DNA of 64,000 nt from Vicugna vicugna (GCA_013265495.1 MU063554.1:10218794-10282793); one strand, 5' to 3'. Counted from the first letter of the stretch, positions 26,531-39,985 are shown. The notes: generated by a model not told the origin, from the letters alone. Numbers and translations are program-made.

Positions 26531-28264
26531 AGGGCTAAAAGTTGAGACGTGCACATGTGTGTACCCATCTCCACAGCCGGTGCTCAAATCCAGCCTTCCC
26601 AACAGGCAGTGACTAGAGCCCCTCCTTCCCAAGCCTGCAGAGGCAAGAAAATTAAGGGGCACAGAGAAACAATGAACAACTGCACTGATGAAAACTGGGA
26701 TCTCCCAATGCCGGCCGCTCAGCCTCTCCCGCTGAGGCTCACGGCTGTCCCAGGCTGCCACCTGCCCCTTTGTGTGCCCCACGCATAGCTCTGGGGACCC
26801 CATGGACCGGCGCCCTGGCCACCTGGGGCTGCCTGGCGTTTCATTCCAGGAAAAGCCACGGGCCTTCCCAGTCCGCCCTGAAATCTCAAGGAGGCTGAGT
26901 CTGACTTGGCTCATTCAGAGCAGGCCCCCACCTGGATCTGCCGTAGCCTCTGCTGTCCTCAGGCCAAACACTCAAACCCATCTCTCTGTCTACCACCTGG
27001 GAAGCCTGACGAGCCACACTGAAATTGTGTCATTGTTTCAAACCGAGGAAAAGGGGGGGAAAAATTCCCTTCCTGTGACTTCCATTCTCATGCCCAGAAA
27101 TGAATCTGCTGTGTGCTTAGGTGGCAGTACAGGCAACACTGTCCCCTGGCCCACCAACGCCAACTTCACTCTGAATGATTAGGAAGTACTGACAGAGGCT
27201 GAGCCGACGTCTGCCGGCCCCACCCAGCAGGGCCACCACGCCGCACAGCAGCCTGAGGCTCTCAGTGCCACTGCACCCGGCTCCCTGGGGGCCTTTTAAC
27301 GTTTGATCTCTTCTCTCCTGAAACCAACCGAACTGGACTCTAGCAAAGGGCCTGAATGTCCATATACATTTTGAACATCTTCCAGGTGATTCTATCATGC
27401 GCATGGGGCTGGGGACCCCTGACTATGCTGAGCAGTGACAATTCCAATCGGCCCCGGCTAGGGCTCCTTCTCGGAGGGACTCCACGCCCACCAGGCCCCG
27501 ACCATTCACTGGGGCCTGCACTCTCAGGACTACGATGAGGCCAGGACACGCAGGACTGAAGGCGGCAGGGGAAGTGGGAGAGCCATTCACTGAGCCCCAG
27601 AATGGATGTGCCAAGCCCCTTAGCAGCAAAAAGTGGAGACTTTGCTGGTTTCAGGAGAGGGAGTTAGACAGCATGAGAGTCTCTACCAAGGATGAAGAGC
27701 ATGAGGAACTGGTGGGGCCAGAATGGGGTCAACTGTCCAGCAGAGGAGGCAGGGACAATAGGGAGGCATGAGAGGGGGCAGGATGCCCAGGCAGAGGTGG
27801 GGAGGGGTGGCAGGTGGAGCAGGCTCAGGAAACAGAGAAAATCTAGGTGTGGCTGGGTCATCAGACCCTGGGGATCCCCAGCCCAGATGCAGGAAAAGCA
27901 GCAGTGCCGGGGCTCAAAGCCTCAGGAGCAAGAGAAAGAGGGAGGTCCAGGCAGTCACCTCTGGCGACAAAATCACGTCTGGACAGTGTTTCGCTGATTC
28001 AGTAGAAACAAGAATAAATCATCACAAATAAGACGGTGGGATGCCTGGGGGTGGTGGGAGCCCAGAGAAGCTCTGCACACCTGGCCCGCGGCTGCTTGAG
28101 GATAGGGAGGATGGAGTGTTTTGTGAACGGGGCCGTAGCAAGTGGCAGGCCATCCGGGAGAGTAAATGCAATCCCAGCCTCACACCACACACAGAAAGCA
28201 CTTCCAAGAAGGACAGAGTTCTAGATGAAGAAACAACTTTAAAACTTGGGCTTTTCTGATACAA

Positions 28265-28925
28265 CTGGGGTGACCCTTAACAACTTAATGTTACAGAAAA
28301 GAAGACAGTCACAAAACACTGCATATTGTATGATTCCATTTATATGAAACGTCCAGAACAGGTAAATTCACAGGGACAGAAAGTAGATTAGTGGTTGCCA
28401 GGGGCTGAGACAAAAAAGGAACGAGGAGTGACTGCTAATGAGTACAGACTTTTTCTTTCTGGGGGGATAAAAATGATCTGGAATTAGATAGTGATGGTTG
28501 GGTACGTCTGTGAATATATTAAAAAGCACTGAATTAAGACAAACAAATTCATTTACAGACAGAAACAGACTCGCAGACATAACAAACTTACAGTTACTTG
28601 TGGGGGAAAGGGGTGAAAAGGGATAAATTAGGAATCCAAGGTTTGCAGATACTAACTAATACATATAAAACAGATAAACAACAGGCTCATGCGGTACAGC
28701 ACAGGGAACTGTTTTCAGTATCTTTCAGTAACTTATGGTGAAAAAGAATATGAAAACGAACATATGTATGTTCATGTACGACTGAAGCATTGCGCTGTGC
28801 ACCAGAAATTGACACAACACTGTAAACTGACTATACTTCAATTAAAAAAAAAACAATAAAAAGCACTGAATTATGTACTTTCAAATGTATGTGTATGAAT
28901 GTGAGTTTCATCTCAATACAGCTGT
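28265..28925 (+). mobile_element. Old L1MB 3' end interrupted by a younger L1
   Basis: gcatattgtatgattccatttatatgaaacgtccagaacaggtaaattca...gacagaaagtagattagtggttgccaggggctg; resumes after the insert as tgtactttcaaatg...atctcaatacagctgtt. Confidence 0.85.
28537..28857 (+). mobile_element. 5'-truncated lineage-specific (camelid-type) L1, 321 bp, with 16-bp TSD
   Basis: L1 3' UTR (gataaacaacagg...gtacagcacagggaact...ctatacttcaatt) with an A-tail. Perfect TSD AAAAAGCACTGAATTA at 28521-28536 and 28858-28873; TT/AAAA endonuclease site. Confidence 0.92.
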
Positions 28926-29289
28926 TGTTTGAAAGAGCGACTTCGGCTTTCAGGTGGGAAGGGATTTCTTAATGAAGAGGTGAAACACACAAACCACAAA
29001 GGGAAAGCCTGCCCTGCTCGGCTTGAGCACTGACGACCCGCCCGTCAACGCGCCTCAGCTCGGTGCGCGCCGTCAGAAGACAAGCCCCCCCCCCGCCCCC
29101 ACAAACTAAGGCAATGAGACAACTTCAGCCCCCGGACACAAAGTGAAAAGCGGTCACTCGTGCAACGGCCAGTGTGTGAGAACCAGGGAGCAGCACGTGG
29201 GGTGCCCGCAGCACAGCAGATCAGAGGGCCGCCCAGCATGGCTTCCCTGGAGAACCCCCGGCACAGGTGTCCAGCGCTGGCCAAGGCAG

Positions 29290-29800
29290 TGAAAAACTGG
29301 AAACCACCTGAATGTCCTCTCCGGGAGACCAGAAAGCCTGTGGCTTAGCCAAAGAACGCTCTGCAGAGCCGGGAATGAATGAACGGGAGCTACAGGCATC
29401 AACAGGGCTACAGCTCGGAAACAGGATGCGGGGGAGGGGACGAGTAACTAAGCAATACAGAGAAAGGCAACAGCATTCACAAAGTTTAAAACCCTAAAAA
29501 GCATCGTCATACACTGTTTATGGACATCTGACCTGTAAGACATAAAATCTGCACAGGAGAGTGATGAGTACAAATTCCAGGCAGGGCTCCCCTGGGGAGG
29601 CAGGGGAGGGGAAGAGGGGGAAACGACACACAAGGTGTCTCAACTCTACCTGTGATACTTTATTTCTTAAATTAAAGGATCTGACACTAAAATGCATTAT
29701 TGTTTGCAATCTGATAAAGGTGGACAGTGGAATAAATAGTTGTCTCATTCTTCTCCCAGCTTGATGCTTTTTATATATTTCTTAACTAATAATAACAATA
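29290..29800 (+). mobile_element. Old L1 3' fragment (L1ME/L1MC-like)
   Basis: aaaactggaaaccacctgaatgtcc...gaatgaacgggagctaca...atactttatttcttaa; AT-rich 3' tail. Confidence 0.65.
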
Positions 29801-30544
29801 ATAATACTGCTTTATAAGTAAAAGGAAGAAAGTCGGGGCAGTGCAGTAGGCCCTCCAGAAAAGATACTGGAAACTCCTGGTGTCAGAACGCCCCGTCCCC
29901 GGGTCCCAGGCTCTGCCTTTGGAAAACCTCGAAGACATCCCTGGCAAGGGGCCTCCTGTGGTGCCTCCCCTACGCCATGGGAGCAGTCCAGTCACAGGAG
30001 GTGGAGAGCCCACAGGGATGGGAGGCTGACAGCCATGGGAAGCCACCCTCCTGCTGAACAGGGGACAAGAGCAGGTCCCCTCTCTGCCCCAACCACTCTG
30101 TGACCTTAAACAAGCCCCTCCCCATGCCCTGGTCCAGAGAGATGGGGCAGGAAGCCCAGGTGGCCCAGAGAACCCAGAGGACCGGACAGGGACTTGACTC
30201 AGAGCCCCTGCCCCACAGAGTCCCTACAATTAGGCAGGGCAGCGAGGACTTGCCCATTAAAATGACACAGTCTTGGCGTGGAGACAGCACACTGCCCTTT
30301 CCACTCCACAGACAACCCACAGCACATGACTGCTGACCCAAGGGTCACCGGAAAGGCCAGCTTCAGGATGCAGCCCCGAGGCCGTGAGGACCAACTCCTT
30401 GGGCGGCCAGGGACCGTCCACACTGCAAGAGGAAAAACACTGGCCAAGGGCCCCAGCTCCCGCAGCATCCTCAGGCCTCAGGTTCCCCATGTGACACAAC
30501 GAGGAACTGGTTCCTGATAAAGATCTCAGCCCCCGCTTATGAAG

Positions 30545-31005
30545 TGTACTCAGCATCTGCCCAAAGACGCCCGCTCCTAATCCCTGGAGTCTGAGCACGT
30601 GACCTCCCGCGGCAAAAGAGACTGCAGATGCGATTAAGGTTGTGGCCGTCAAGAGGGGGATTAGCCCAGCCGGCCAGGTGGGCCGGCCTAATCTCATGAG
30701 TGTGTGAAAACGGAGAACCTTTCCCAGCCATGGTCAGAGGGAGACGTGACTGGTCAGAGTGGTCAGAGAAGGGACTGTTGCAGGCTCTGAAGATGGGGAC
30801 CGGGCCTTGAGCCAGGGAATGCGGGAGGGTCTAGAAGCTGGAAAAGGCAGGAGGAGTCTCCCCTCGGGCCTCCAGGAAGAGCACAGCCCTGCTGACACCT
30901 TGATTTTAGCACTTCTGATCCCAGAACTGCAGGATAATACATTTGTGTTGTTCAAGCCACCAAGGTTGGGGTAATTTGTGACAGTAGCCACAGGAAACTA
31001 ACTTA
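30545..31005 (+). mobile_element. MLT1D-type MaLR solo LTR
   Basis: ctaatccctgga...ggcaaaagagactgcagatgcgattaagg...agccagggaatgcggg...tctagaagctggaaaaggcagga...cagccctgctgacaccttgattttagc...ggaaactaactta. Confidence 0.9.
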
Positions 31006-31014
31006 GGAAATAAA

Positions 31015-31175
31015 GGCTACAGCTGTGTGACTTCAGGCAGCTTGCCTCTGAGCTTCAGTTTTATTTTAAAATGAGATCAAAAACTAACCTTGGAAGGTTG
31101 CTGTGAGGACTAAGGAAGGAAGCAGCTCCAAAAGCCCCTGGCCCAGGGCCTGGCACTTAGTAGCTGCTCAGTAAA
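31015..31175 (+). mobile_element. MIR SINE
   Basis: agctgtgtgacttcaggcag...gagcttcagttt...aaaatgag...ggttgctgtgaggactaa...gcctggcacttagtagctgctcagtaaa. Confidence 0.75.
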
Positions 31176-33719
31176 AGCAACCCCATCCTCTCCACTGCCC
31201 ACACTCTGACGGCGTGACCTTGACCAGAAGGAATGGAAAGCTGAGGTTTCCACGCTGCCAGCCAAGGGCACACCTGCCTCTGAGCTGCACCACCAGCACC
31301 AGGTCACCATGGAGATGGTGGCATCAGGCCACCCTCACCTCTGCTGCAAGACTGCCCAGCCGGGGCCTGGCCCACCAGAGCCCCTGCCTCAGATCTAGCG
31401 AAGGCCGGTGCATCACCACAAACTCCACAGTGGGGTATGAATCCAAGTTAGGAATGTCACACTTGGAGGTTATTTGAAGCAAACATGACATTGTCTGTTC
31501 ATAAAGCAGATGCCCCCTTCTCTATTTTAAGTTGAGGACTTTGTAGAGCATGGAGTACAGGGACCACTGAGCTGGCGGTGATGGGGCTGGTTCTATACAC
31601 CGCAGGGAAGACCTCCAACTGCATGCAGGGCTCTGGGGAGAGTGAGGGTCCTGTGGGCGTGGAGCACTGGGGCTGGATGGACCCTAGTGACTGACGGCCA
31701 GCACCTAACCCCGTGCTCACGGATGTACACCAGGTGGCCTACATGGAGGGAGGGAGGGAGGGTCCAGCCTGGGCCTCCCGCCTCCCAGCAAACTGCCCCT
31801 CACCCCAGCTCAAAGCCCCCAGGAAACAGGGCTCAAGAGACAGCCTGAGCCAAATCCAGGCAGAAAGGTGGGTCCAGCAAAGAACAGAACATGGCAAGAG
31901 GAGAAAGGACTCAAACTGGTACTAACCAGGCCCCATGTGGTTATGAGAAGCCTGGGCTGAGGGCAAGGCCAGGAGCATGTCCTTGGTCAAAGATCGCCTG
32001 GAGGTCTTACTTGAATGCTGCAAGGCTGGGGGTCCAGGTGTGAGGCTCAGAGGGTGGAAGGGAGAATCTCCTTCCAGGCCAGGTGAGCCTGTGCCCCTGC
32101 TGGCCCCCGCTGGGAGGATGGAGGGCTCTCCTCTGGAACGTGGGGTGGACAGGCAGGACATGGGCTGCCGCCTGGGGGTGCCAGATTTTGCTGCATGGCC
32201 CAACCACTGTGAGAAAGCTCACAGACCTGTGTGTCCCCCCCGAGGTCATGGTGGGGGCCTTCTCGAGTCTGGCTCCCAGGAGGCGTGGACCCCCCCAGCC
32301 CTGGTCAGGCCCTCACTACCGCTGGCAGGAAGGAGGCGGGCACAGTCCCACGCCCACTGGCAGTGGGGTTGGCAGGTCCAGGCTGGCTGCATTTACTGGG
32401 CAGGGACATCCCCACCCAAGCCTCAGGATCCCTTTGGTACCATGGGGACAGACCAGGCTCCCAGAGCCTCCCAAAAGGAGGGGCATGCACCCTGCACAAC
32501 ACCCCTCCAGAGAAGGGCTACGGTATTGCAGGTGTCACTGCTGGGGTGAGGGAGGGGGCTCTGGGTGTTTGGGACACAGAGGGACCTGCCAGCCACCCCA
32601 GTCACATTCCTGCCCTGCCACCCCTCATCGGCTCAGCTCTCTGAATGACCCTCGGGCATGGGCTGTCTCTCACCCAGCAATTTCAGCTGAAATTGCCCTT
32701 TGGACCCACAGTTCTCCCCTCCAGGGGAGGGGGGTGCATGAGCTTCAGGACTCAAAGGTCATCTGCTCACCTTGGGCAGGGCCTGGAAAACTCTCCCCTT
32801 CCCGCCATGACACCAGTGGGTGGCCCAAAATAGGACTGGCAAGCCAGGAGCTCACTGTCCTACTGGCCAGGCACTTGTCACCCCAGGCCACCGAGGCTGT
32901 ACTGGGCCGTGCGATTGTCCCAGGGAGAGGGACCTCCCCAGCAGAGCCAGAGCAGAAGGTCAGGAGCCCGGGGTCAGCCAGATCTCCCTATAATCACAGC
33001 TGTGCAAACCTCACACTAGAGACGAGACGTCTCCGAGCCTCTGCGTCCTCATGATGGGAGGAATGATGCCCCCTCGCTGGGCGGCTGGGAGGATTCTGGA
33101 GCACCCAGGCCAGGCCACTGCAGCTCAGGAATCTGGGGGGTTGGTCAACCATCTTCTCACAGATTCTCTCCAGAACCTTCACAAGCACACGGATCCCCGT
33201 GTGGCATGTGGGCAAGGGACTTCCCTGGGGCCTCGTCCTCCACCTGCAGAGGGAGGCCTGCGTCCCAGGGTCGCCACCCGGCTGCTCCATATGACTGCGC
33301 GCAGAGCCCCTGTGGGCAGACCCCCTCCTGCCACCCATGGCTGCCGAGCATCTCCTCTGCTCGCTCTGTGGATCTGTCTGCCTGCTTTCCCGCCTCAACT
33401 CCCCCGACCGTGCCCTCACCCCCACCCTCAGCTGAAGGTGACTGTGACTGTCCCACACAGGAGCTCCCCCACGGTGACTCCATGGCTGCTAGGGAGACCC
33501 CAGCCCCTGCCCACCCCGGCAGGCGAGGCTCTGGGCTGCTTCTCCCTGGGGTGTGCCCACCCCTCACATCCCTTTGCAAGTTCCTGCACACAGAAGGTTG
33601 GCAAGCCTCTCGTCCCTGTGCGCTGCACAGCAGGAACCATCAGCCCTCGCCCCAGAATCAAACACTCACGCCCGGCTCTGAGAGGGGACTGGTGAGGCTC
33701 GTCACCATAAAGGGTGCGT

Positions 33720-33850
33720 GGGCACTGCAGTGAGGGGAGTAGAGTCTGTACCAGGAGCCAGGCCCCGCCATAACTTGCTGTGTGACGCTGGGCAGATCCC
33801 TTCCCTTCTCTGGGCCCCACAACACCTCTCTGTACAAGGGAGTTGAAAGC
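33720..33850 (+). mobile_element. MIR SINE fragment
   Basis: cttgctgtgtgacgctgggcagatcccttcccttctctgggcc...ctctctgtacaagg. Confidence 0.6.
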
Positions 33851-33871
33851 CTCCAAGAGCCCTTCTGGCAC

Positions 33872-33950
33872 GGTGGGCACAGGTGGACACAGGTGGGCAT
33901 GGTGGGCACTGGTGGGCACAGGTGGGCGTGGTGGGCACAGTGGGTGTGGG
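33872..33950. repeat. G-rich minisatellite, ~8 copies of GGTGGGCACA (9-10 nt)
   Basis: ggtgggcaca-ggtggacaca-ggtgggcat-ggtgggcact-ggtgggcaca-ggtgggcgt-ggtgggcaca-gtgggtgt. Confidence 0.9.
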
Positions 33951-34899
33951 CCCATCACTGTAGCACACCGCCATGCCCACGCATGCAGCTGTGTTTAAAA
34001 AAGATACGAATGAGAACAGACCCAAAGATCAGGAGAGCCGCAGCCAAGATGAGGTCAGTGTTTGGTTACTAACGAGAATAAACAGGCCTTGGTCCTCCAG
34101 AGGAAGGGCCCGCTGGAGAAGCCCCACTGGGGAGAGAGGGGTGGGGCCAAGGAGCCTCCATCTGTGTCATCACTCCCACAGGTGACAGGTGACAGCTGGA
34201 CACCAGGAACTGCCCCACAGCTAACTCCTGGTCTCAGCAGGGGGACAGCACAAGGCCTGGGAGGGGACCCTGAAGGGAGCAAAGGGGCATGAACGGTCAA
34301 CATGTCCTGACCTCTCCTTCTAACATTGGGGTAAACCAGGGACCCCAAGGGACTTGCCCAAGGTCACAGGCCACCCTGCCCCCAGGCCCCACTGTGGACA
34401 CAAGAGAAATCCCTTCTCCTCCCGGGCATCTGTCCAGCTGTTTGTCCTGGGCAAGGTGATAATGACGATGACAACCACCTCGGATAAAATAAGAATCTGC
34501 ACTGATAAAGAACACATCCACACACAGGCCGAAGAGGGAGAAGGGGCAGGCCCCTCACAGAACGCCAGCTGCTCCTCACAGGACGAGGAAGCTAGAAAGT
34601 CACCACTACCATGGCCAGAGTGCTGGCCAGCAGACACGAGCCACGCACACGAGTGTCCGGTGAGGATCAAGACACTTGTGTGGTCTCAAAGTGCCGCCCA
34701 CTGGTTATTTACTGATCACAGTTACACATACTAACCTCGAGCAGGGAGACCCGTGGGAAACTCCCTGAACCAACGATGGAAGCTGGCTCCCGAGACCGGC
34801 GCACACCAGGTGCCTCCTGGCAGGACAGGCTGACAACACTGCCTCCCCTCTGGGCTGTCCCTGCCCAGAACACACAGCCTGGATCCAACCGTGAGCCAA

Positions 34900-35270
34900 A
34901 CACGCAGCAGTCTGTGCTCGTCAAAACGTCAATGAATCATTGCGCTGTACTAGAAACTAACACAACCTTGTACACCTACTATACTTCAACTGAAACAAAA
35001 GTCAAAGGAAGATGGAAGAGCGATCGGTTCCAACGAAGGCAAAAGGGAGTGTGCAGTGTGTGTTCCTGCACTGGGTCCCGGGCCAGACAGCAACTGCTCT
35101 AAGGCACCGTGCTGGGACGCTCAGAGTGCCAGCGTTCGATTTCCAGACATTGTCACCACGTAAGTGATAGTCTCCGTTTCTAGGAAACGCACCCCAGCGT
35201 TAACCCCAACTTCGCTCAAATGGTTCAGGGGAGAAACAGCCCACAGAGAAGGAACAACCGTGCAATGAGG
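34900..35270 (+). mobile_element. Old L1MC-like fragment carrying a ~64-bp younger L1 terminus (34933-34996)
   Basis: The insert tgaatcattgcgctgtactagaaactaacacaaccttgtacacctactatacttcaa resembles the extreme L1 3' end, flanked by aaaacgtcaa/aaaagtcaa. The host shows ttctaggaaacgcacc...caaatggttcag. Confidence 0.6.
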
Positions 35271-38200
35271 CAGCCCCAGGAAATTAACCCCCCGTCTTAG
35301 AGATGGTTAAGGGTAAGGACGGGAAACACTGAGCAAATCCCAGCCACACAGCATCACCTCTAACATCAGCCACCCCGAAGCCACTGCGCCGTGCTCCCCA
35401 CAGCGCCGTCCACCACGGCCCCAAGACCAGCACATCTCCTCCCTGGCAGGGGCCGACCACCGACCAAAGGCACTGCCGTGGAGGAAACGTGGCTGCCTGT
35501 ACCATAAGGAAACAATCGATGTTTGTCCGGCAACCTAGCTACAGTTATGTAAATTCTGGCTAACTCACTTGGAGGGATGTTGTGTAGACACTAACTAGGT
35601 TTACGGAGATGGAGAGGAAAAGAGCATCCGATGCAATGTTGAGTGGAAACTGCCGGATCCCATATGGAACACACCACGAGATAAGCAGCAGCCCGAGCGC
35701 TCCCGCACCGGGAGAAAGCAAACAGCCCCACCGCGGGGAAAGACCTTCAGAGCAGGGTCTGGGGGGTGGGGCGAAATGCGTGTTTTGATTTTCTTGCTAC
35801 TTTCCCAAATCTTCCAGTTTCTCTAATGACTACGTATCCTCTTAGAAATAAAAATAAACAAATCAGTCCAGTCTGTGCCTGGGCCTCACTGCCCCGTGCG
35901 CACAGCCACGGAATTCCTCATACAGGCTGCCTCCCTGGGCGGACGTACCCTGGACGCCAGGGGTGACACCCTGGGGCTGTCAGGCCAGAGCTGCCTCTGC
36001 GTGGCTGCCACTGAAGGCTGCCCACTTGTCCCAGCAAGCAGAGGGGTCCCCAAACGGCACAGGGGGAGGGTCTGGACTGGGAGTTCCCCATCTGGGAAGT
36101 GGTGAGATCACGGGAAGGTAACAGCGCTGACAACACCGCCTTGAGTAAAAGCACAGGCGCAGCTCTAGAGCCCCCCACGCCGCCGGGCAGGCGCCGGGCA
36201 GGCCCTCAGCGCTCCTCACTCGACTCTCGGCAGCCCTGCGAGGCGCCAGGCGCCAGGCTCGCTTTGCACAGCAGAGTGGAGGCTCAGAGATGCCCTGCGG
36301 GAACTGCCCCTGCCCAGTGGGCATTCCGATGCCACTGAGTGAGGGTGTGAAGGAGAAGCTGGCTCCCAGGGGGCCCTGGAGGGAGTTACGCAAAGAAACA
36401 CACTTCACACTGCCCTGGAGAAAGGTCACATACAGGCACTGAGAGTCGTCCTGCTGGGCGCGCACCTCCAAGGGCACAGTTTGGTTAATCGACAACCACA
36501 GCCCAGCTCTGCCCCGACGCTGGAGACTGCGGGAGCCTAAGGAATTCTCTCTGCAGAGAACCAAGAGCCAGACAGGGCTCGAGCCCCCCAGAGTCGCGGA
36601 GCCAGGATGAGAAGCCAGGCCCCGCCCAGCCCAGGGCCTGCCCGCTGCCCACTGCAGCCCTGAGGGCGCTCCAGCTGCACTGGGAGACCTACTGCACCAC
36701 AGGCCAGGGCACCCCGTCCAGCCGGGGTAACTCACTCACATACCCGCGCCATTGGCGGGCACTGCCCCTGGAGGGTACCTCGTGGGGGCGTCAATGGCCA
36801 CTGTGTGCTGGGCCAGCTGGAGCCCTGACCTGCCACCCCCCTCTGTGCGGTCCCAGCCTGTACAGTGGCCTGGACCAGATGACCTCTGACCTGGTTCTCT
36901 GTTCCTTGCATGTTCCTACTACCCCGAGGTCCAAATACAGCCTGAGCCAGAGCCGAACACACCTGGGCTGGACCCCGGCCAGAGTCCCCTGCCCTTCCTG
37001 CCTATCGCCCTGGGGGAGGGCTGCACTCGAGATGGGGGCTCTGCTGCTATTTTCAACACAGCCTAAGAGCCGCTGGCCACCAAGCTCCCCACTTGGTGTG
37101 GAGGTTCTGCACCACATGACAAATGACGGGGCTGACCTCAACCATGGCGCCCAAGGCAGAGGCCAGGGACAGGCAGTTACCATGGCGCTTATCCAGGATG
37201 TCAACCATCCTTGCCCGACGGGCCAACGACCTAAGATGGTTCTGGTCCCCTCGGACCCCAGGCCAGAGGGGCCTCTGAAAGGACAGATGTGAAAATACCC
37301 CTCTCCAGAAGTGCCTGACCCACAGGCCTTCGGGAGACCAGGGGGCACCTCTTCTCCAGGCTCGAGGATGATGCCTACAGCTGCGGTCGGGCCTGAGCAC
37401 CGCCCAGACACACTCAGTGTCAGCAGGGGCTCAGGTGCCACTGGGTTTCCCTCCAGGGGACACTCCCAGCCCCTCCATTAGAACGTCAGGGGCTTCGCTG
37501 CCCCTCCCTGGGCACTGGGGCCGGGCCCTTGGCTGTTACTGGTCGGGCTCTTCGCTACAAGTAGGCAGACCCTAAACCCCCCGGTTCGCAGATGAGGAAA
37601 CAGCCCCCAGGAGTGCACCACGGTCACCCAGGGCCCCGCCCGCCTGGCAGATCACCCTCAGGCAAGTGGGGTGGGTCCCCATGGGTCCCCACCCTCAGGA
37701 CCCACCTTCTCACTTCAGGGGGCTCCAGGGCTCACTCTGTTGCCCAGATGGCCCTCCATGAGCACAGCACCAGCCTTGCTCCCGGGTTCAGAGGGTAGCA
37801 AAGGGAAGAAGCCAGGCTTATTTTACACCCCCTGGCCCTGGGCGCTCTCCTAGAGCTTCAGGACCCTCCTCAGTCCCCAGGTTCCAAAATTCAGGAGTTG
37901 GGGAAGAGGAGGGGACAGGTGGCAGCAGGTCCACAGGGCACCACAGCGCAGACAGGCCCTGCCCGAGTCAAGCCCACGCCCTGGGCCTACGGGCACCTCT
38001 CTTCTTCCCACCGGAGGCAGGACCCCAGCCTGCAGCTCCAGGGTCCCTCGGGCAGCAGGAGCACCTGAGAGTAACCTTCCCGTGGCTGCCACCGCTGCAA
38101 CAGGCAAAACGAAGCCCAGGCATGTCTGGATCTGAGCGTTGGGACAGCATGAGCCTGGGCGAGTTTCTCTGGCAGCCAAACCACCCTGGCATTCCTCCAT

Positions 38201-39804
38201 TTACCCAGCTTGAAAAGACGCTTGCGCACTCAGGGAAGACGAGCCTGGGCCGCCGAGAACGGCAGGGTCAGGGGAAGGAGGGGCTTCAAACCACAGAGCC
38301 CACGGACTGGCAGCCCCAGGCACAGATACGCGGTGGGTGCCTCCTCCATCTCAGGCCCTGAAGTCAAGACTCTGAGGACAAAGGCCCACCCTGGGAGCTC
38401 GCAGCAGCAAAGGGGAGGGGGCCAGGGTGAGGCACTCACAGACGGGGTGGCCCAGGCCATCCAAGGGCCAGGCAGCTCCAGGGTGGGTGCAGCCCAGTCA
38501 TGTTCCCCGTACCTCGGACTCCCTCTGCCACCCCTCCATGAGTCACAGCATGGCACGGCTGGGCACAGAAGCTGCATCAGACACTCCATGTTTCAGAAAG
38601 AACCACTGAGGCCCAGGACGAAGGAGGAACCTGGCTAGTTCCACAAGCACAGCTTGAGGACTGGTATTCCTAGGGCTGCAAGTTCAATGTCAAGGCTCTT
38701 AGCCGGTCAGGGGCCATGAGGTCGTGAGGAGCTGGCCCAGACTGGAGAGCCCAGGAGCTCCCGGCACTGGGCTCACACACACTGGGGCCTACAACACTTC
38801 AGTGGAGGATGGATGGAGGACAAGGGGCGGGAGGGAGGGCAGGAGAGAGGGGGCTTCACATCCGGCCCCACCTGGTGACTTCAGCACCTGAATGTCCCTG
38901 AGTTGCCACTCTCCCAGCTGCAAAAGAAGCACCTTTGCTGCAGAGCTGGGGAGATTCAATTAAACTCGATTCTGGGGAACACAGCACGTGGAGAGCCTTG
39001 TTCCATACCTGAGCCCCTGCGACATGTGTCCCCTCCTCCTTCTCCCTCCTCCTGCTCACCCACATGAGGACCTTGGTGCAGAGCTGCCAACTCAGCCCCC
39101 TGCTCCCTTCAACACCAGCCTTCCCCAGAAATGCCCAGAAGGCAGCCAGCCCTGTGTCAGTCCCACGAGAGTGCAGATGTGTTATGCCGTGGCCCGTGTC
39201 TTTGGGGCAGGTCACCCTCCCACAAAACGAAAGCATAAGCTGGGGCAGAAGATGATGACATCCTCCAGCAGGCTGGCCTGTGTTCCCCTGGGCCTGTGCA
39301 GCCCCAAGCAGGCGGCAGATGTGCGAAGGCACAGACACTCCAGCCGGCCGGGGGCGAGGTCCCTCCCCCAGCTTCAAGTCCTGCTTCCCATTTTGTCTCG
39401 CTGTCCGTGACCGTCTGCCCCTCTGGCATGCCTCCTGTTCACTCAGGACTCAAGGGCACTGGCAGCCCCCACCCAGTGCCCACCCAGAGCTCTGTGCCTC
39501 CCAACCCAGGGAGGAGAGCTGACACGTCTCTGGGTGCCTGGCACCCAGTGTGTGGGGCAGGCACTATCACGTTGTACAGGAACTGAAGCCGGGCCTCTAA
39601 AGATGGCAGGCTGGCCACAGCCAAGGGGCACCAGAGCCGGGGTCTGAATCAGGGCTGCCCCACACGGACGGTGATGCCCAGCACCCATCCTGGGTCAGCC
39701 TGGGCTCAGAGGGGGAAGGAAAGTTTAACCAGGACAGCACATCTCCTGCCCCAGGTGACGTGGGCACCCCAGAGGTCATGAGGAGCCACTTCCTCCTCCC
39801 CCTG

Positions 39805-39985
39805 CACCTCACACACACGTGAGCACATGCACGTACACACACACTCATACCCAGAGTGGGCACACACACACCCAGTGGACACACACTCACAGTCACTTGT
39901 GGATGCACCCAGGGATGCACAGTCACACTCACACCATGTACGCACATACACACAAGGAAGCTCACGCTCACACTCACACACCCAT
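39805..39985. repeat. Degenerate (CA)n-rich low-complexity tract
   Basis: Interrupted CA runs (cacacacacgtgagcacatgcacgtacacacacactc...cacactcacacaccc). Confidence 0.85.

Noticed and set aside
32083-33054. 323-codon plus-strand ORF and other 200-270 codon ORFs (e.g. 999-1799, 35980-36735, 50923-51723, 56848-57606)
   Set aside because: Composition mirrors GC-rich non-coding DNA, no homology I recognise, no splice or promoter context, and several start at non-ATG codons.
33872-33950. Short direct-repeat array as a possible CRISPR-like array
   Set aside because: Units are 9-10 nt, contiguous and without unique spacers; eukaryotic DNA with no cas genes.
38113-38160. GCCCAGGC...GCCTGGGC hairpin as a possible pre-miRNA
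   Set aside because: Only 8 contiguous pairs plus a few bulged pairs; far short of a Drosha substrate.
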